A stretch of DNA of 64,000 nucleotides. Source: Blepharisma stoltei ATCC 30299 (taxonomy: Eukaryota > Protista > Ciliophora). The notes beneath the pieces were generated by a model. That model saw only the letters and a program-made list of their open reading frames with translations, was not told where the DNA came from and did not search any database. The stretch covers positions 124,001 through 188,000 of the forward strand of contig CBFDEM010000044.1 of NCBI GenBank assembly GCA_965603825.1, read 5' to 3'. Numbering within the stretch: the first letter of the stretch is position 1; each line of letters opens with the position of its first letter. Both the position numbers and the translations under genes were made by a program. Shown piece by piece: positions 24,478 through 37,098 of this stretch.

Positions 24478-25929
24478 TTACTTTCTTGACTGTCTTCTTC
24501 TTTTTGGTGTTCTTTTTCGCACTAATCTAGGATCTATATCTTCCTCTTCAGTTGATGATAATTTTCTCATATGATTTCCATCATGATTTTTTTTCGTTTT
24601 TTTCGGAGATTCATCTTCTGATATGTCTCTAGTAAAATCTTCCTCACCTCTATCTCTTCCTGTAGTGATCACATCATTATAATTATTTTTCTTTCCATTT
24701 TTCTTTTTACCAGTTTCTTCTTCTGAGTCACTTCTTGAGTTCAGTTTTGCTAAAGAGACCTCTTTTCTCGATTTTCTCTTTTTTTTAAAAGCTTTGGGCT
24801 GCTCTTCTATTTCAAGCTCATCAATAGGGGCTTGGTCTAGCAGTGTTTTGACAGAGCTCATGAGCTCTTTTATGTGTAAAAATGTAAATAATAATTTTGT
24901 TAGATACCAAATTATCAGGAGTGCTATCACTCCATTTTCTAAAAAATCTTTTTGGTCGATGAAGTGGTATATAACTAAAACACCTGCGAGTGCAGTTTTT
25001 ATCAGTCTTTGGGCAATATCCTCTAAGTTTGTCCTGAACACCCGGAATGGGCGAAAAACACCAATATATACTAGCATAGCTGCATGCAGTGTGACTACAA
25101 GTATAAGCTGGATATCTTTATATTCTCCTATCATACATAAGCTTGCCGCAATACCAATATTCTCGAATTGCTCAAAAATCAAATGAAATTCTCTTATAAA
25201 ATACCTATAAGCCCTATAATCAGCCCCAAAAATTTTTTTAATTTTGGATGCTTCCAAGTTCGCTCTATGTTTAATCCTTAAATATAAAATTTTCCCAATA
25301 GGGTAAACCGCTAAAAGTGCTATGCTGACACCAAAAGATAACCCAGAATTAAAATCAATAGTCTTTCCATCAAGTATTTCTTTTAAATCCAAGAAAAACG
25401 ACATTACAAGCCGAAAATGCACAATTTTCAAAATTTGCAAGCCGACTTCAAATTCCATTATCTTCGTCAAAATATTTTTGTCATATGTGCGCTTTCATAT
25501 GAATTTAGATGCCACATAAGCCAAAATATACCCGCCTACGATGCATATAACAGTAAATACATTATAAAAATAGTAAGGTTCTCATTCATCAGTCGCAAAA
25601 AAATAATCAGGATAATTGATCGTTTCAGGTTGGGAAATTGAGTTTTTTATATCTTTATCAGCGTAGTTTATAAACACCCAAGAGTGGTTTGCGTGAATTA
25701 TTGTTGCAGATGAGTATGTGTACTTCAAGTTCAAATATGCAAGAGCTGTGAGAGTTTGGAGCTGAATCCAATTTCTGGCAAATCCGTCCATTACTTCTTC
25801 GAGCTCTCTTGTGAGTTTAGGTACAAAGATACCAAGTAGAAAAAGTGCGGTTGCTGCGTAGGAGCAAACTAAAAATGCACCAAAGACTATAAACACAGTC
25901 TCAGTGGTGTCAGCATCATAATTCGCCAT
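24478..25929 (-). CDS. Multi-pass membrane protein (~483 aa), TRP-C/FLC-like 7-8 TM region with charged tail
   Basis: ORFs 25582..25929 and 24478..25470 are in frame via two TGA; several hydrophobic segments, YIGVFRPF motif. Confidence 0.72.
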
Positions 25930-26437
25930 TTAAAAACTAAATAAACTGCTAATTTGTTGACTTATGAGTCTATCAGTTTTCCTTTCTGATTTTATCTTTA
26001 ATTCTGAGAATTTAATTCATTATTTTACTCACTTCCCTATCTTTGATCATTTGCAATCAAAATTTACAAAATTAACTCTATCTAAGGTCGATATAATTCA
26101 TGAGCCCATTCCAAAATCTAGCTAACTAGTTAATTTATTGCAAATCTATATTGTAGGACTAATTCATGAAAACATTTTATATGAATAAATATTGGGATAA
26201 AAATTTATATATATTATTTTTAGATAACTATCCTTGATCAAGCGAACGAAGTTCAATCAAGAATGGGGAAGAATCAGATGTTAAATCTGTTTGCTTAGAT
26301 AAAAGTCAGGCAATATATCTTTAAATTTGCTATTTCTTATATCATGAGAATAATCTGCTATAATTTATCTTAAAAATTTAAATAAGCTTTTAGGTCAATA
26401 TAAGCTTAATATAGTTAAAACTGATTATTTACAAAAA

Positions 26438-27193
26438 TTATCTCTGTATGTGTTTCACATCATATGTTCTAATATCTCCATTTCTTCAAACTATTATGGA
26501 TTCGGGTATTTTATTTAGATCATTTTTAGGGATCAATGATAATTTTCCATTGCATGAATACGATTTTTCTATTAATTCCTTAACTCTCTCTATCACTTCA
26601 CAATTATTTTCTTGATTTTTCAGCATTTTTCTAGTTTTTTTGCTATTTTCAAATGTAAATTCAAATGACTGTTCCAAAGACGTTATATTCACATCTTTTG
26701 TTATTTCTTGTATAGGACTAATATTGCCTAGAGACTCAAGCAGAGATGAACTCAATAGATCTGGGGCTGGATTAATAGAAATATAGCTGTGTGACAAGCT
26801 TGATTCATTTTCAGGGTCAATAAAATCGTTTCCAAGATGTTCGCTTGGAGACCTTGATGGCTGCTTTTTTCTATTTTTCAGAAAATCATTAAGCCTAGAC
26901 GGCGAGTGACTGAGATCTTCTAATTTTAATTCTACCCGTATTGGCTCAGCATTAATATCTTTATATTTATTCGAGGAGTGAGATCTTGATGAGCATTTTG
27001 ACGTTGAAAAGCTTTTTCGGTGAAGATTTAATTTAATAATCGGCTGTTTTCTGTCAGTTTTTGGAGGTGATTTTGGGGTTTTTGCATGAATATTTTGTCT
27101 TTTTGGTGGCGTTTTTAGTTCGTGTAATGATATATTTACTTCTTTGACTTCTAATGAGCACCTAATTTGATTATATCTTTTTAGGTAAGACAT
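26438..27193 (-). CDS. Hypothetical low-complexity protein (~251 aa)
   Basis: ORF 26486..27193 continues through TGA (WRNGDIRTYDVKHIQR) to TAA at 26438. Confidence 0.7.
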
Positions 27194-27202
27194 TATTATT
27201 TT

Positions 27203-27946
27203 TTATATATTAATTCTTGAAGTAGAAGGCTCAAAATCAGTCACATCTCGGCTACTCTGTCCTCTGCTGACAGCTGTTGATGACAATATTTTCATTATTT
27301 TTGTTTTTAAAATAACAGCTATAATTGATAAAAACACCATGAAAACAAAACAAATCACAATTAGCAAGATAATCATGATATAGTCCACCCCATACTTTTG
27401 TGCATGAGTTATTATCCACCAAATCAGCCCAGCAATTATAATGCACCCTACAACAATAGGAATTATCAGCTTAAAGTCTCTAAAAAACTCATAATCTGCC
27501 TCTATTGTAGCATTTTCAATTTTTAATGCAATTTCTGTATGGCATAACTCGCAGATATTTTTACTCCCTGGTGTTTTTTGGCTGTATCTTATTCATTGTT
27601 CTAAGCATTGCTTGTGGACATATTTGACGCTTCCTTTGCATAAACAAGGGGATATCATATCTTCTCAATTAGATGCGTCAAGACAGATGCGGCAACGGAA
27701 AGGGCTGTTTGGGGATCTTGCATTAAAGCTGCTGTGTGTCACTTGGAATGGGAGTTTTGGAGTAATTGTTAAGATTTCGACTGATTCGACTGAGTCTCGG
27801 TTTGAGATCTTCATAGAGGTTTCTTCAGAAATATCTGAGTCGGAACCTCTTCGCTGGGCTGGGATAAAATCAATTGGAGATAGCAAGGCTCTGTTTTGCT
27901 TGAATGATGAGCTCGGCTCGGTGCTTATGTAGTTTGATTCTTGCAT
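27203..27946 (-). CDS. MARCH-type RING-CH membrane E3 ubiquitin ligase (~247 aa)
   Basis: CRICLD..SPCLCKGSVKYVHKQCLEQ-W(TGA)..CELC, then two TM helices. Confidence 0.92.
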
Positions 27947-28313
27947 ATAAATTTTATAAGTACTTAAAAGATCGCGATCTTGATAGTGGAAAATGGATAC
28001 GAAAATTTATCTAATTTATTTACAATCATATAAAACTCCAGTAATCCTAGAATAACCTGCATTAATGTTTTTAATAAATCAAACTATAAATTTGTTGATT
28101 GTGACATAGAATAGCTTATGCGTTATTTGATTTTTGATTTTTATATAAATTTAAAATCTTCAATACAAATAACAAAGCTAATCATTATTGTAATATTTTT
28201 TGTCTAATAATAAATGCTTATTATATAATTTGAGCTCGGCTTATTTTTTGTACCAAAAAAGAAATCACATAAAATCAATTAATATATAGGAGAAGAATAA
28301 AATCCTTAATAAA

Positions 28314-28910
28314 ATGTCATATAAGCCTAACCCCCAATCTCAGGCCTATATGGGAAATGCAGCATACCCTAATGCACCTGGCTTTAATCCTCCCATGCCA
28401 TCAGCTCCTTCGATGTCATTAGATTCTTCATCTCCTTTTCAAAATCAGGGCTTTTCCCGTCAATATTCAAATCCTAACCCATTTCCGCCAGTCGTTCAGC
28501 CTCAAGTTATTATTGTCTCATCTCCATCAACCTCTACATCCTCCAAAAAATCAAGGCAAAAAAATCAGCGAATCTCCAATAGTTTACCAAAAGCCAGCTC
28601 AGGGTGAGAAGAGGCATTTTGTGGATGCTGTTCAGACCCAATTTGCTGTATAGGATTAATAATCTGCTTTCCACCTTTAAGCTGCTGCTGTGGTCAGATT
28701 TCTGCAGTTACTAGAGCAACAAAAGTATCCTGCTGTTCCCCCTGTTGCTTAAACTTATTTTGCTGTTGTATTGGTTTTGCCATCAACAGAGGAGCAATAA
28801 GGAAGGCTTATGGAATCCCAGGATCTTTTTGTGGAGACTGCTGTGCACATTTATTATGCACGCTTTGTGCTGTATCTCAAGAATACAGAGAAGCTCATAG
28901 AAGAGCTTAA
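28314..28910 (+). CDS. PLAC8/Cys-rich family protein (~198 aa)
   Basis: After TGA at 28605: WEEAFCGCCSD..RGAIRKAYGIPGSFCGDCCAHLLCTLCAVSQEYRE, the PLAC8 signature; Pro-rich N-terminus. Confidence 0.9.
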
Positions 28911-28934
28911 GTTAATATTAATATTTACTATTAG

Positions 28935-30833
28935 TTAATATCTCATATATTTGCTGAATTTAGTAACTAGTTTTCGTTTTTGTTGGAAAAATTCTTGGGC
29001 TGCAAGATCGGTAATGAGTTTTTTCTGGGTCTGGGCTTCGAATTGTCTGATTATTTTCATAGATTCATTGAGGAACCTCTTTTCATATTCGGGACTATTT
29101 AGTCAGATTTCATCGATATCTTCATAAGTATTTTTTATTTCATTTATTCATAAATCCCTTGACTCAACTATTTTTGTGCGTAATTTTTTTCTGATTTCAT
29201 CTATTTCTGATTTTGAGCCCTTTGTGGTTTGAAAACCATCAGAAATTTTTTGTAAAATAAATTCTTTAAATTGGATTATTGACATTAACTCTTTGCTTTT
29301 GTGGACTTTTTCTAGTGTAATGATTTTGCAGGTTATTTCTGGTTGCTCAGAGATTACTCTTCTATGACTTTCTTCGGAAAATTGCTTTATTTCTTCTGTA
29401 CATTGGATTGATAAATTGCTAGGTCTAACTTTGATGAGATTTATAGTATTTTGTTTAGATTTAGGACTAGGAGATCTTTCTTGGCTACTTTTCAAAGGAG
29501 AAACGTCAACAATTACATTATTATCAGCCACGTTTTGGCTTGTTGGGCTTTTTTTATGAATATTTTTTGGAGATTCACTTGGAGATATACGAGGGGATGA
29601 TTTTGTATCTTCAATTTTATCTTCAATTATTTTTGGTGGATTTATAATTGGAGTAGGTATTTTTTTTACTTTTCTATAGTAGCTTAGAACACTTTTTAAG
29701 AAATTATATACAGCTAAGAAAGGATGCTCCTCTTCATATGCTTGTAAATCAATCTTGCATAGCAGCTCATCAATTTTTCTTATATTTTCATCAGAAATTC
29801 CATCAGAGTTTATAAATTTATATGCATTTCTCACTATAACTACAAGCTCTCCCGGACTAGTTGCGCATTCTCTAATTGCATTAACCAGATCATTTCCATA
29901 AGAATTTTTGCATTTTGATTTCAAGCTGCCCTCTGCACTAAAAATATATATAAAAAAAGCCAAAGTTAAATTTTCAATCACCTTCTCTTTTAATGCTGCT
30001 TTTTTCATTGATTCTATAATCCTTGCTGTCACTTTTGCTGAATTTTCTTTTAATATGCTTAACGGATCACTTGGCTTCTTTATAGTTGGGGTATCATTTA
30101 TTTCTTTATTTTTCTTTAAACTTGCAGAATATTTCCGATTTTCCAAATAATCCCCAAGCTCCAGCAATTTTGACGCTAAAGGGCATATCGAAATTGAGTC
30201 ATCTTTTTTATTGATTGTTTGGATTTCTTTCAAAATTGACGACATTAATACATAAAATTGTAAAGAAAGGTCTGGAATTTCTGTAAGACAGTCTTTCAAA
30301 ACTCCTTGCATGCATTCAGCTTTATTCAGTACTTCCATTTCGATTTTAGCTGATTTTTCAATTGATGAACAAATTTCTGAAAAATAGTTTTCTAAGTCAA
30401 TAAGTGACTGGGGTTTTGATGTGCTTGGCCTTGGAGTCGTGTTTTGTGATATAGAATTTTCTTGAGCTTTTCTTGGGGTCACGCTTCTATTTCTGTTATG
30501 GCTTGATTGGTTAGGGGACTTAGATCTACATTGTTTGTGCTCGTCATTTTTCTTATAGCGGTCTGTAATTAAGGTATTTTGAGGTTTTTCTTCATTAAAG
30601 TACTTTTTTCTTTCGACTGAATGGCTTCGGTTGTTCAGGTCTCTTTTAATAATGTTGAGCTTTAATTTAAATTTCGACTCAAAACTGTGGTTAACGAGCT
30701 TTTGTGGATTTAGGTTTTGAGGAGATTTGCTGCTTTTTTTTAAGCCATAATCAGATTCTTTGTCTGGAAGCCTGAATTTGACCTTTCGATCGTAGTTTTC
30801 TGAAAAATCTTTTGAGTCCGTTGAGTTTTCCAT
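28935..30833 (-). CDS. Hypothetical protein (~632 aa)
   Basis: ORF 29148..30833 extends through two TGA to TAA at 28935. Confidence 0.75.
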
Positions 30834-30854
30834 TTTTAAAAATTATTTGCTAAT

Positions 30855-31718
30855 CTATATAGTTTTAGGCTTTTCTTCATATTTTCCTGCTTTTTTAAGT
30901 TTTGCTATTAGAACTCGACGTTCTTTAAGAAAAGGCTGGAGATCAGCAGGAAGGTCTCCAACGTTAGGTCTTCTTCCAATTTTTCTTTCTGTTTCTGCAT
31001 ATATCTGCTTAATATTTTCTTCAACTTTTCCTAAGTCTTCTTCAAGATTTTCTTCATTTCTTATTTCACTGAACCCAACTTCACCTAAATTTTCATGCTC
31101 TCCTCCTTTTTTATGCAAAATTCAATGGTTTCCTATTCCTTTATTCACTGGGCACAAAATCGTGCCATCATCTCCTAATTTTTCTACTAAAAATTTATAC
31201 AAGTTTTCTGTAGCTGTGAATCCTACATTAATTAAATCAAAATTTTCATCAATTATTTCATGGGCTTCGCATTTTCTAAACATCAAATTTGGTAGCTTTG
31301 ACAAAAAAATAGCTTTTTCAACCAATTCTTTATGTATATCAATTGCGATAACTTTACTATTAGGGTTTAATAAAGCTATGCACTGTGATAAGTATCCATT
31401 TCCACATCCAATGTCAAGTATTTTATTTGAACTCAAAATATTTGGCAATAAAATTTCCAGTGTTAATGCATGTGTTGATGGAGATGTCATGACTTCTCCA
31501 CAAAGGATTCCTTTTGGCTTATTTTCATATGGATTTTCATCATCTGTAAAAGCTGACCTGTCTAATTTAGAAAAAATTTCTGATATTTGAGGAGATTTAA
31601 TAAGGTTGGATTTGACCAGAGATGACGTGAGCTCTAATTGAGATGAAAAGCGAGAGCCTATTCAGCTTTGGCTTGCTGATAATAAAAGGTTATCTGATAG
31701 CACTTTTCTTCACGACAT
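30855..31718 (-). CDS. Protein-L-isoaspartate O-methyltransferase-like (~287 aa)
   Basis: LDRSAF..NPYENKPKGI..MTSPSTHALTLE..KILDIGCGNGYLS; three TGA read as Trp; ATG at 31718. Confidence 0.85.
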
Positions 31719-31746
31719 TTCTAAAGAAATGTAGCAATCATTTAAT

Positions 31747-32601
31747 ATGGGCAAGAACAAAAGAAATCAGCAGAAAGGCTATAATAATCAAAGAGAGATG
31801 CTGAGCCCTGAAGGATTTAAAGATATGTTTCCTCATCTTTCTATAGGGAAAATAGGAGAAATATTAAAGAAAAATCAAGGGAAAAATCAAGAAGAAATAT
31901 TGGATATTCTATTGAAAATAAATGAAGAAGAGGAAAAGACCCAAGTGGCTAAAAAAGAAATAAGAGAAGAAAAAAAAGAAGAAATCACTAAAAATCCTGA
32001 AATAAATAAAGAAAAGCTTGATACAAAACTATACAAAACACAGCTCTGCACAAATCTAAATTGTACAGACTCAGAATGTTTTTATTATCATGATGATTAT
32101 GATTGCAGAAGAAACCTTGATAAATACCACTATAGGCCAATTCCATGTTTTAGCACGTATGATAAAGGTGAATGATTTCACCCAAGTTATTGTGCTAGAG
32201 GATTTGATTGCCATTTCTGTCATACGCAGAATGAGTGGCATTGTCATCCAGAATATAAGAAGAGACCAAATAATAAATTACGACGAATTCAAGAAGAAAG
32301 CAAAATTTCCAATAAAAACTCTGAAGAATTAAAAAAAATTTTAGAAGACTTAAAAATATCAATAGAAGCATCAGATCAGCAAATTCATCAAGTGAAAAAC
32401 GAAATTGTAGGGATTGACCAAGAAATTCAAGGGATGGCAAAATTTTTGAATTGCGGAAAATGTATGCAAGAAGAAATGGATTGATTGATTATTCCTTGCT
32501 GCCATGGAATATGCACAAATTGTAAACTTACTGCGTATGAAGCTTGTCCGCTATGTGGAGCCATAATGCAAAGCAGCCATCCAATTAATACTGATTTTTA
32601 A
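31747..32601 (+). CDS. Unkempt-like CUE-CCCH-CCCH-coiled coil-RING protein (~284 aa)
   Basis: DMFPHL (CUE-like), YKTQLC..C..CFYYH..DCRR, C..RGFDCHFCHTQNE..HPEY, C-terminal CGKC..PCCHGICTNC..CPLC; two TGA. Confidence 0.8.
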
Positions 32602-32732
32602 ATATTGCAGTAAATTATTTATGATTGGCTAAATTAAGCTTGATATTATATTAAAAAAATTAGCCTTAATTCGTAATAAAATTGCTAAACTTTCCATTAT
32701 CAAGTTTATGAGTGTTTTGCTTATCTAAATTA

Positions 32733-35700
32733 TTAATTTTCTTTTTTTGATTTATATTTTCTCCACATCCTTATTAACGCAAGTGCAGCCAAACTTTTGG
32801 CTGCTGCAGTTCCTTCAGTTCTTATACTTGAAGTATTTGGCTTGCTATATATTTTATTTGGATAAGCATTATTAAACGCTCTTACAATTTCGCTAGATGT
32901 CATATCGCTTGCGCTAACTGCATTGGCTAAAATAAGCAAAATTTCTGCAAAATTTACTTTTCCATTATATTCTTTTATATTCAAAGCAGAAATAAGCCTT
33001 AGCATGTCACAGTTTGAAAGCATTTGCCCTTTGAAGCCTAAGGGGAGCTCTAAAGTATTCAAAAGGCTTGGAAGCCATTTTGTTTTTATGAAATGGTCCC
33101 CATAAGGAGCAAATTTGCTTCATGCTTTTTCGAAGTTCTCTAAGTCTCTTTTTGTTAACCCTGTGATAACCGATTCTTTTGAATTTGCATGAGTGAAGTT
33201 TTCCAAAATAACTACGATAAACATATTTAAAAATATAAACCTTGAAAGAATCTGAAAAGATGCCCAGTAAATAACTGCGAAATAAGGATTCCCACAAAAC
33301 ATAAACCCTCCCTCACACTCTGATTTCCCAAAGCACTCAAAATAAATTTCATTCCAGTTTTCTCCTGTGCTTGAAGTAAATAGCAAAACAAATGCATTAT
33401 AAAAATTTTCAAAATTTGAATTTTTGTTAATATAAACTTGATGGCGCATTCCTCCCCACAGTACAACTCCAGCGCATGCATAAATTGAAAACAAAAGCAA
33501 AAGCAAAATAGCTGAATTTATCATTGACGGAAGTGAGAGCAAAAATGTATTAAAAATGTTGTTAAAGTGCTTCAAGAATTTTATTATACGAAAAGCCCTT
33601 ATAATTCTGAAAATCCTTGCCACAGAGCCACTGGAAGGCCAGATAGAAATAACTGATAAATATGATAGTAGGGAGATTGAAAAGTCAAAGATGTCCCAAT
33701 TATTAGCAAAATAAAATCTAGGTCCTAAACCAATAATTTTTAAAATGGCTTCAAGCATAAATGCATTGGTAAAAATAGAATCAGCAACAGTCAGCACCGT
33801 TTCCATTTCACTTGACATTTCAGAAGTATGCAGACACATAAATAATATATTTAACGCAAGCAGCCCAGCAATTAAATTTTCAAATCGATAATCATGCACC
33901 AAGCTAAATATTTTTCTCCTAAATTTATTTTTTGGTCTAATATATCGAATAACTGGTGATGACTGTAATAGCAGCCTTTGTATTTTCACTCATTCCTGCT
34001 GTTTTCGTGTCAAGAAAAATGACTGTTTTTCTTCCCTAAATTTTTTAAAATTCTTGTATAAGGCTCCAATATATAAGTTTGCGATAAAAAATATAATAAA
34101 AAACGTAAAACCAACAATATAAAGAGAAGCAAGCTGGTTATAGTCTCTTTTCATAGCTTTATCTGGGCCTACTGCGTCAACTGAGTTGTAAAGATAAATA
34201 GGCCAATTTTCTAGAGTTGAGATTTGGAAAAGGGCATTTATAGCTGAAAAAATGTTGTTGAAATTATAATCAGAGTCTCTTCATACCCTTTTTTCATAAT
34301 TTCCTCCATTTCAAAATTCTCCTGTGCAATCTTGTTTCGTTTGTATGTTGAAATCTGAGCAATTATAAAAAGAGCCTTTGAATAGAATTACTCCAATAAT
34401 ACCAAACATAAAATAATTCAAAACTGCCATAAGAAAAATGTTAAACAGCATAGAAAAAGATCTGTAAAGAGAATTCATAATAGTTCTTAAATGCTGATTT
34501 CTGGATGCCATTCTTATAGGTCTAATAGCAAGCAAAGCTCCAATAGCTGCTGATGCAAAAGTTCTTTTGTCATAAATTTTTCTTAGGATGTAGCCAACTC
34601 ATATAAGGAGCACTATAAAAAAATCTATTATGTTCCAGCCACTTTTTAAATATGTATTTTCTCCAGATATAAAACCAAATGTAATTATTTTTATAATGCA
34701 TTCCGATGTAAAAAAAGCTGTTAGGATTGTTCTTATCAGCATGATTACGTTCATTGTATATAAATCTCAATAGAATCGATCAATCGCTATAAGGATTGTT
34801 GATAAAGAAGAAAAACTAAACATATATATATCGAAATAAGGATGGGCAACTAAAGATCTTAAAAAGAGCCTAATACGGTTTTTTGGCCCAAAAATAAATA
34901 GAGAGGTCCCTTCTAATTCAAATTTATCAGCAGGCTTAAACTTTTTACTTTCTAACGATTTTTCTTCATAACTTATACTTTTGATTGGTTTTTGCATATT
35001 TTCATCACATTTTTCGTTTTTAAACTCTTCTAGCAAGATCGCTAAAAATAGTGAAGAAAGTATATTTGTGATAAATATAACAAAGGATAAAGAGTAAAAG
35101 ATTGAAACTCAACCCATCGAGTGAACTAAATTATATAGAATCTGTGACCAATTGCCAGTAAACAGCTGAAACACTGTAATAAATGACCAAAACAAATTGT
35201 CGAAATTAGACCGCAGAGAATATCCTTGATTATCTTTTAATTTATCCTTAAAATGAGCAGCTCCTATAAGAGTATACACATATATTATAATTGCGCAAAG
35301 AATAGATAAATAAAAAAAAGATTTTATGCAGTTTTCTATTTTTGAAACAAAGTATCTTAAATATTTCCATTCTTTGAACAGCTTTAGAATTCTCAGCGCT
35401 CTAAGTGCCCGTATTATATAATAATTTTCTGTTAATAGATCGCTAGCATCATGTATTAAAAGGCATTCAGTTACTGCTGAGCATAACAATATTAATTCAA
35501 TAATATTAAATTTTGTTGAAAAGTATCCTTTAAGCCCTAAAGCAATGATTTTTATCAAAAATTCGAATAAAAATATTGCAGTGAAAATTATATTTGTATG
35601 TATTAGCACTTTTTTATGATAATCACTCATTCCATAATATTCTGTTGACATCATCATTGTATTTACTATAATAAAAAAATCTATAATTCTTTTGTATCAT

Positions 35701-36902
35701 TTTGAATTGATCATGCTATAAAAATTCAGTTTAATCGCATACCAGCAATATTTCAATCCTCTATTATCTTCTGGCTCTTTCGGCTTATAACTTTCAGCTT
35801 CTTCAATCTCAACTTTAAGTCTAGATTTTTCTTTGATTTCTTTAGCTTTATTAACTGCCTCATGAAACTTCATAAAGAAAACAGCTATAAAAAGATTTGT
35901 AAAAAAAAATGACCCAATAATGATAATTATCATAAAATAAAGATCAGTAACTGCTTCTATTTCCAGGGTAGTTCTGCAATAAAACATTATTTTGCTTCAA
36001 GATTCCACAAAAACTACATTTAGAACAGTCAGGAAGCCAACAAGAACATTATCAAATGAGGTTACTCCAAAATTTGGATTTGTATCTTTGGCACAATCTT
36101 CGACTTCAGGACACTTATAGTGCAGACAAGCTAGATCTTCTTCTTGGCAATAAGTATTTTGAAGGCATAAAGAGTAAGAAATATTACCATATGCTCTATT
36201 GCAGCTTCCATTTAATCCTCCAGAATAAATATTAGTCCCAGCAATCGCAAATGCAAGAATCATAAACAAAATCAAAATCATAACATCAGCAAGTAAAGGC
36301 AAAGAATTTGCAATAGTGATTACTATAAAATTAGTTTCACTAAACCCTTTAATAATCTTCAGTGGTCTAAATGCTCATACAGTCTGAATAAACAGCAAAT
36401 TTCTCCCATCTATTACTTTTCCAATTCATCCAGAGACTACAATAAAAAAATCAAGACAGTTTCAAAAATCTCTGAAATATGAATTTTTATAAATAATTTC
36501 ACCAAGGGCTGTAATTTTAACTGTGCATTCTATTGTGTATATTATAAGATATAAAGTTTCAAATGAATTGACTAAATATGTATTCCCATAGGTTACATAA
36601 GATCCTAAGCCGATGCTATTAGCGATAGCTGTTAATAAAATAAATCTCGAAAACCAGATATTAGATGAAATATATATGCAGGCTTGACGGAATGGGTTAG
36701 TTGAATTAAAACATCCACATGATATTTTTGCATAAGGATTATTTGTGTATTTACTTTTCATTTTCACTAGCGACACATCTTCATGGCCTGAAAACCTTTG
36801 AAACTCTTTTTGTTGGTTGTAAAGTGCTTCAAAATCATAGTTTACTCTTGAAATTGGGCTATTGAGGTTGTTATCATAATTTGTTTTTCTTTTGATAATC
36901 AT
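32733..36902 (-). CDS. Four-domain voltage-gated Ca2+/Na+ channel alpha subunit (~1389 aa), atypical
   Basis: Eight same-frame fragments joined by TGA; YFRDF-W(TGA)-NCLDF, SFDN/NFDN pore loops, S4 RALRALRILK and RIFRIIRAFRIIK, filters FVESW / FTGNW / STLENW / STGENW, C-terminal EF-hand/IQ-like region. Confidence 0.92.
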
Positions 36903-37098
36903 AATAAAATAATAATTTTTAAAAAATTAATTTTATCTGGACCGTCCTTGCTCCAAAATTTAAGTATACAAGGATCTTCGCTTATATTTTATCAAGTTTT
37001 TATATGTAAATAAGAAGCTTTATAAACTATTTCAAAATACACATATTATTTATTAATGTGTATTAAATTCCTTTATTATTTAAAATTTGTAAATCGCA

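Noticed and set aside
30847-31590. 247-aa plus-strand ORF and many other F/S/L-rich antisense ORFs (e.g. 20056..20640, 52935..53450)
   Set aside because: Shadow frames opposite well-supported genes, mostly with non-ATG starts and no motifs.
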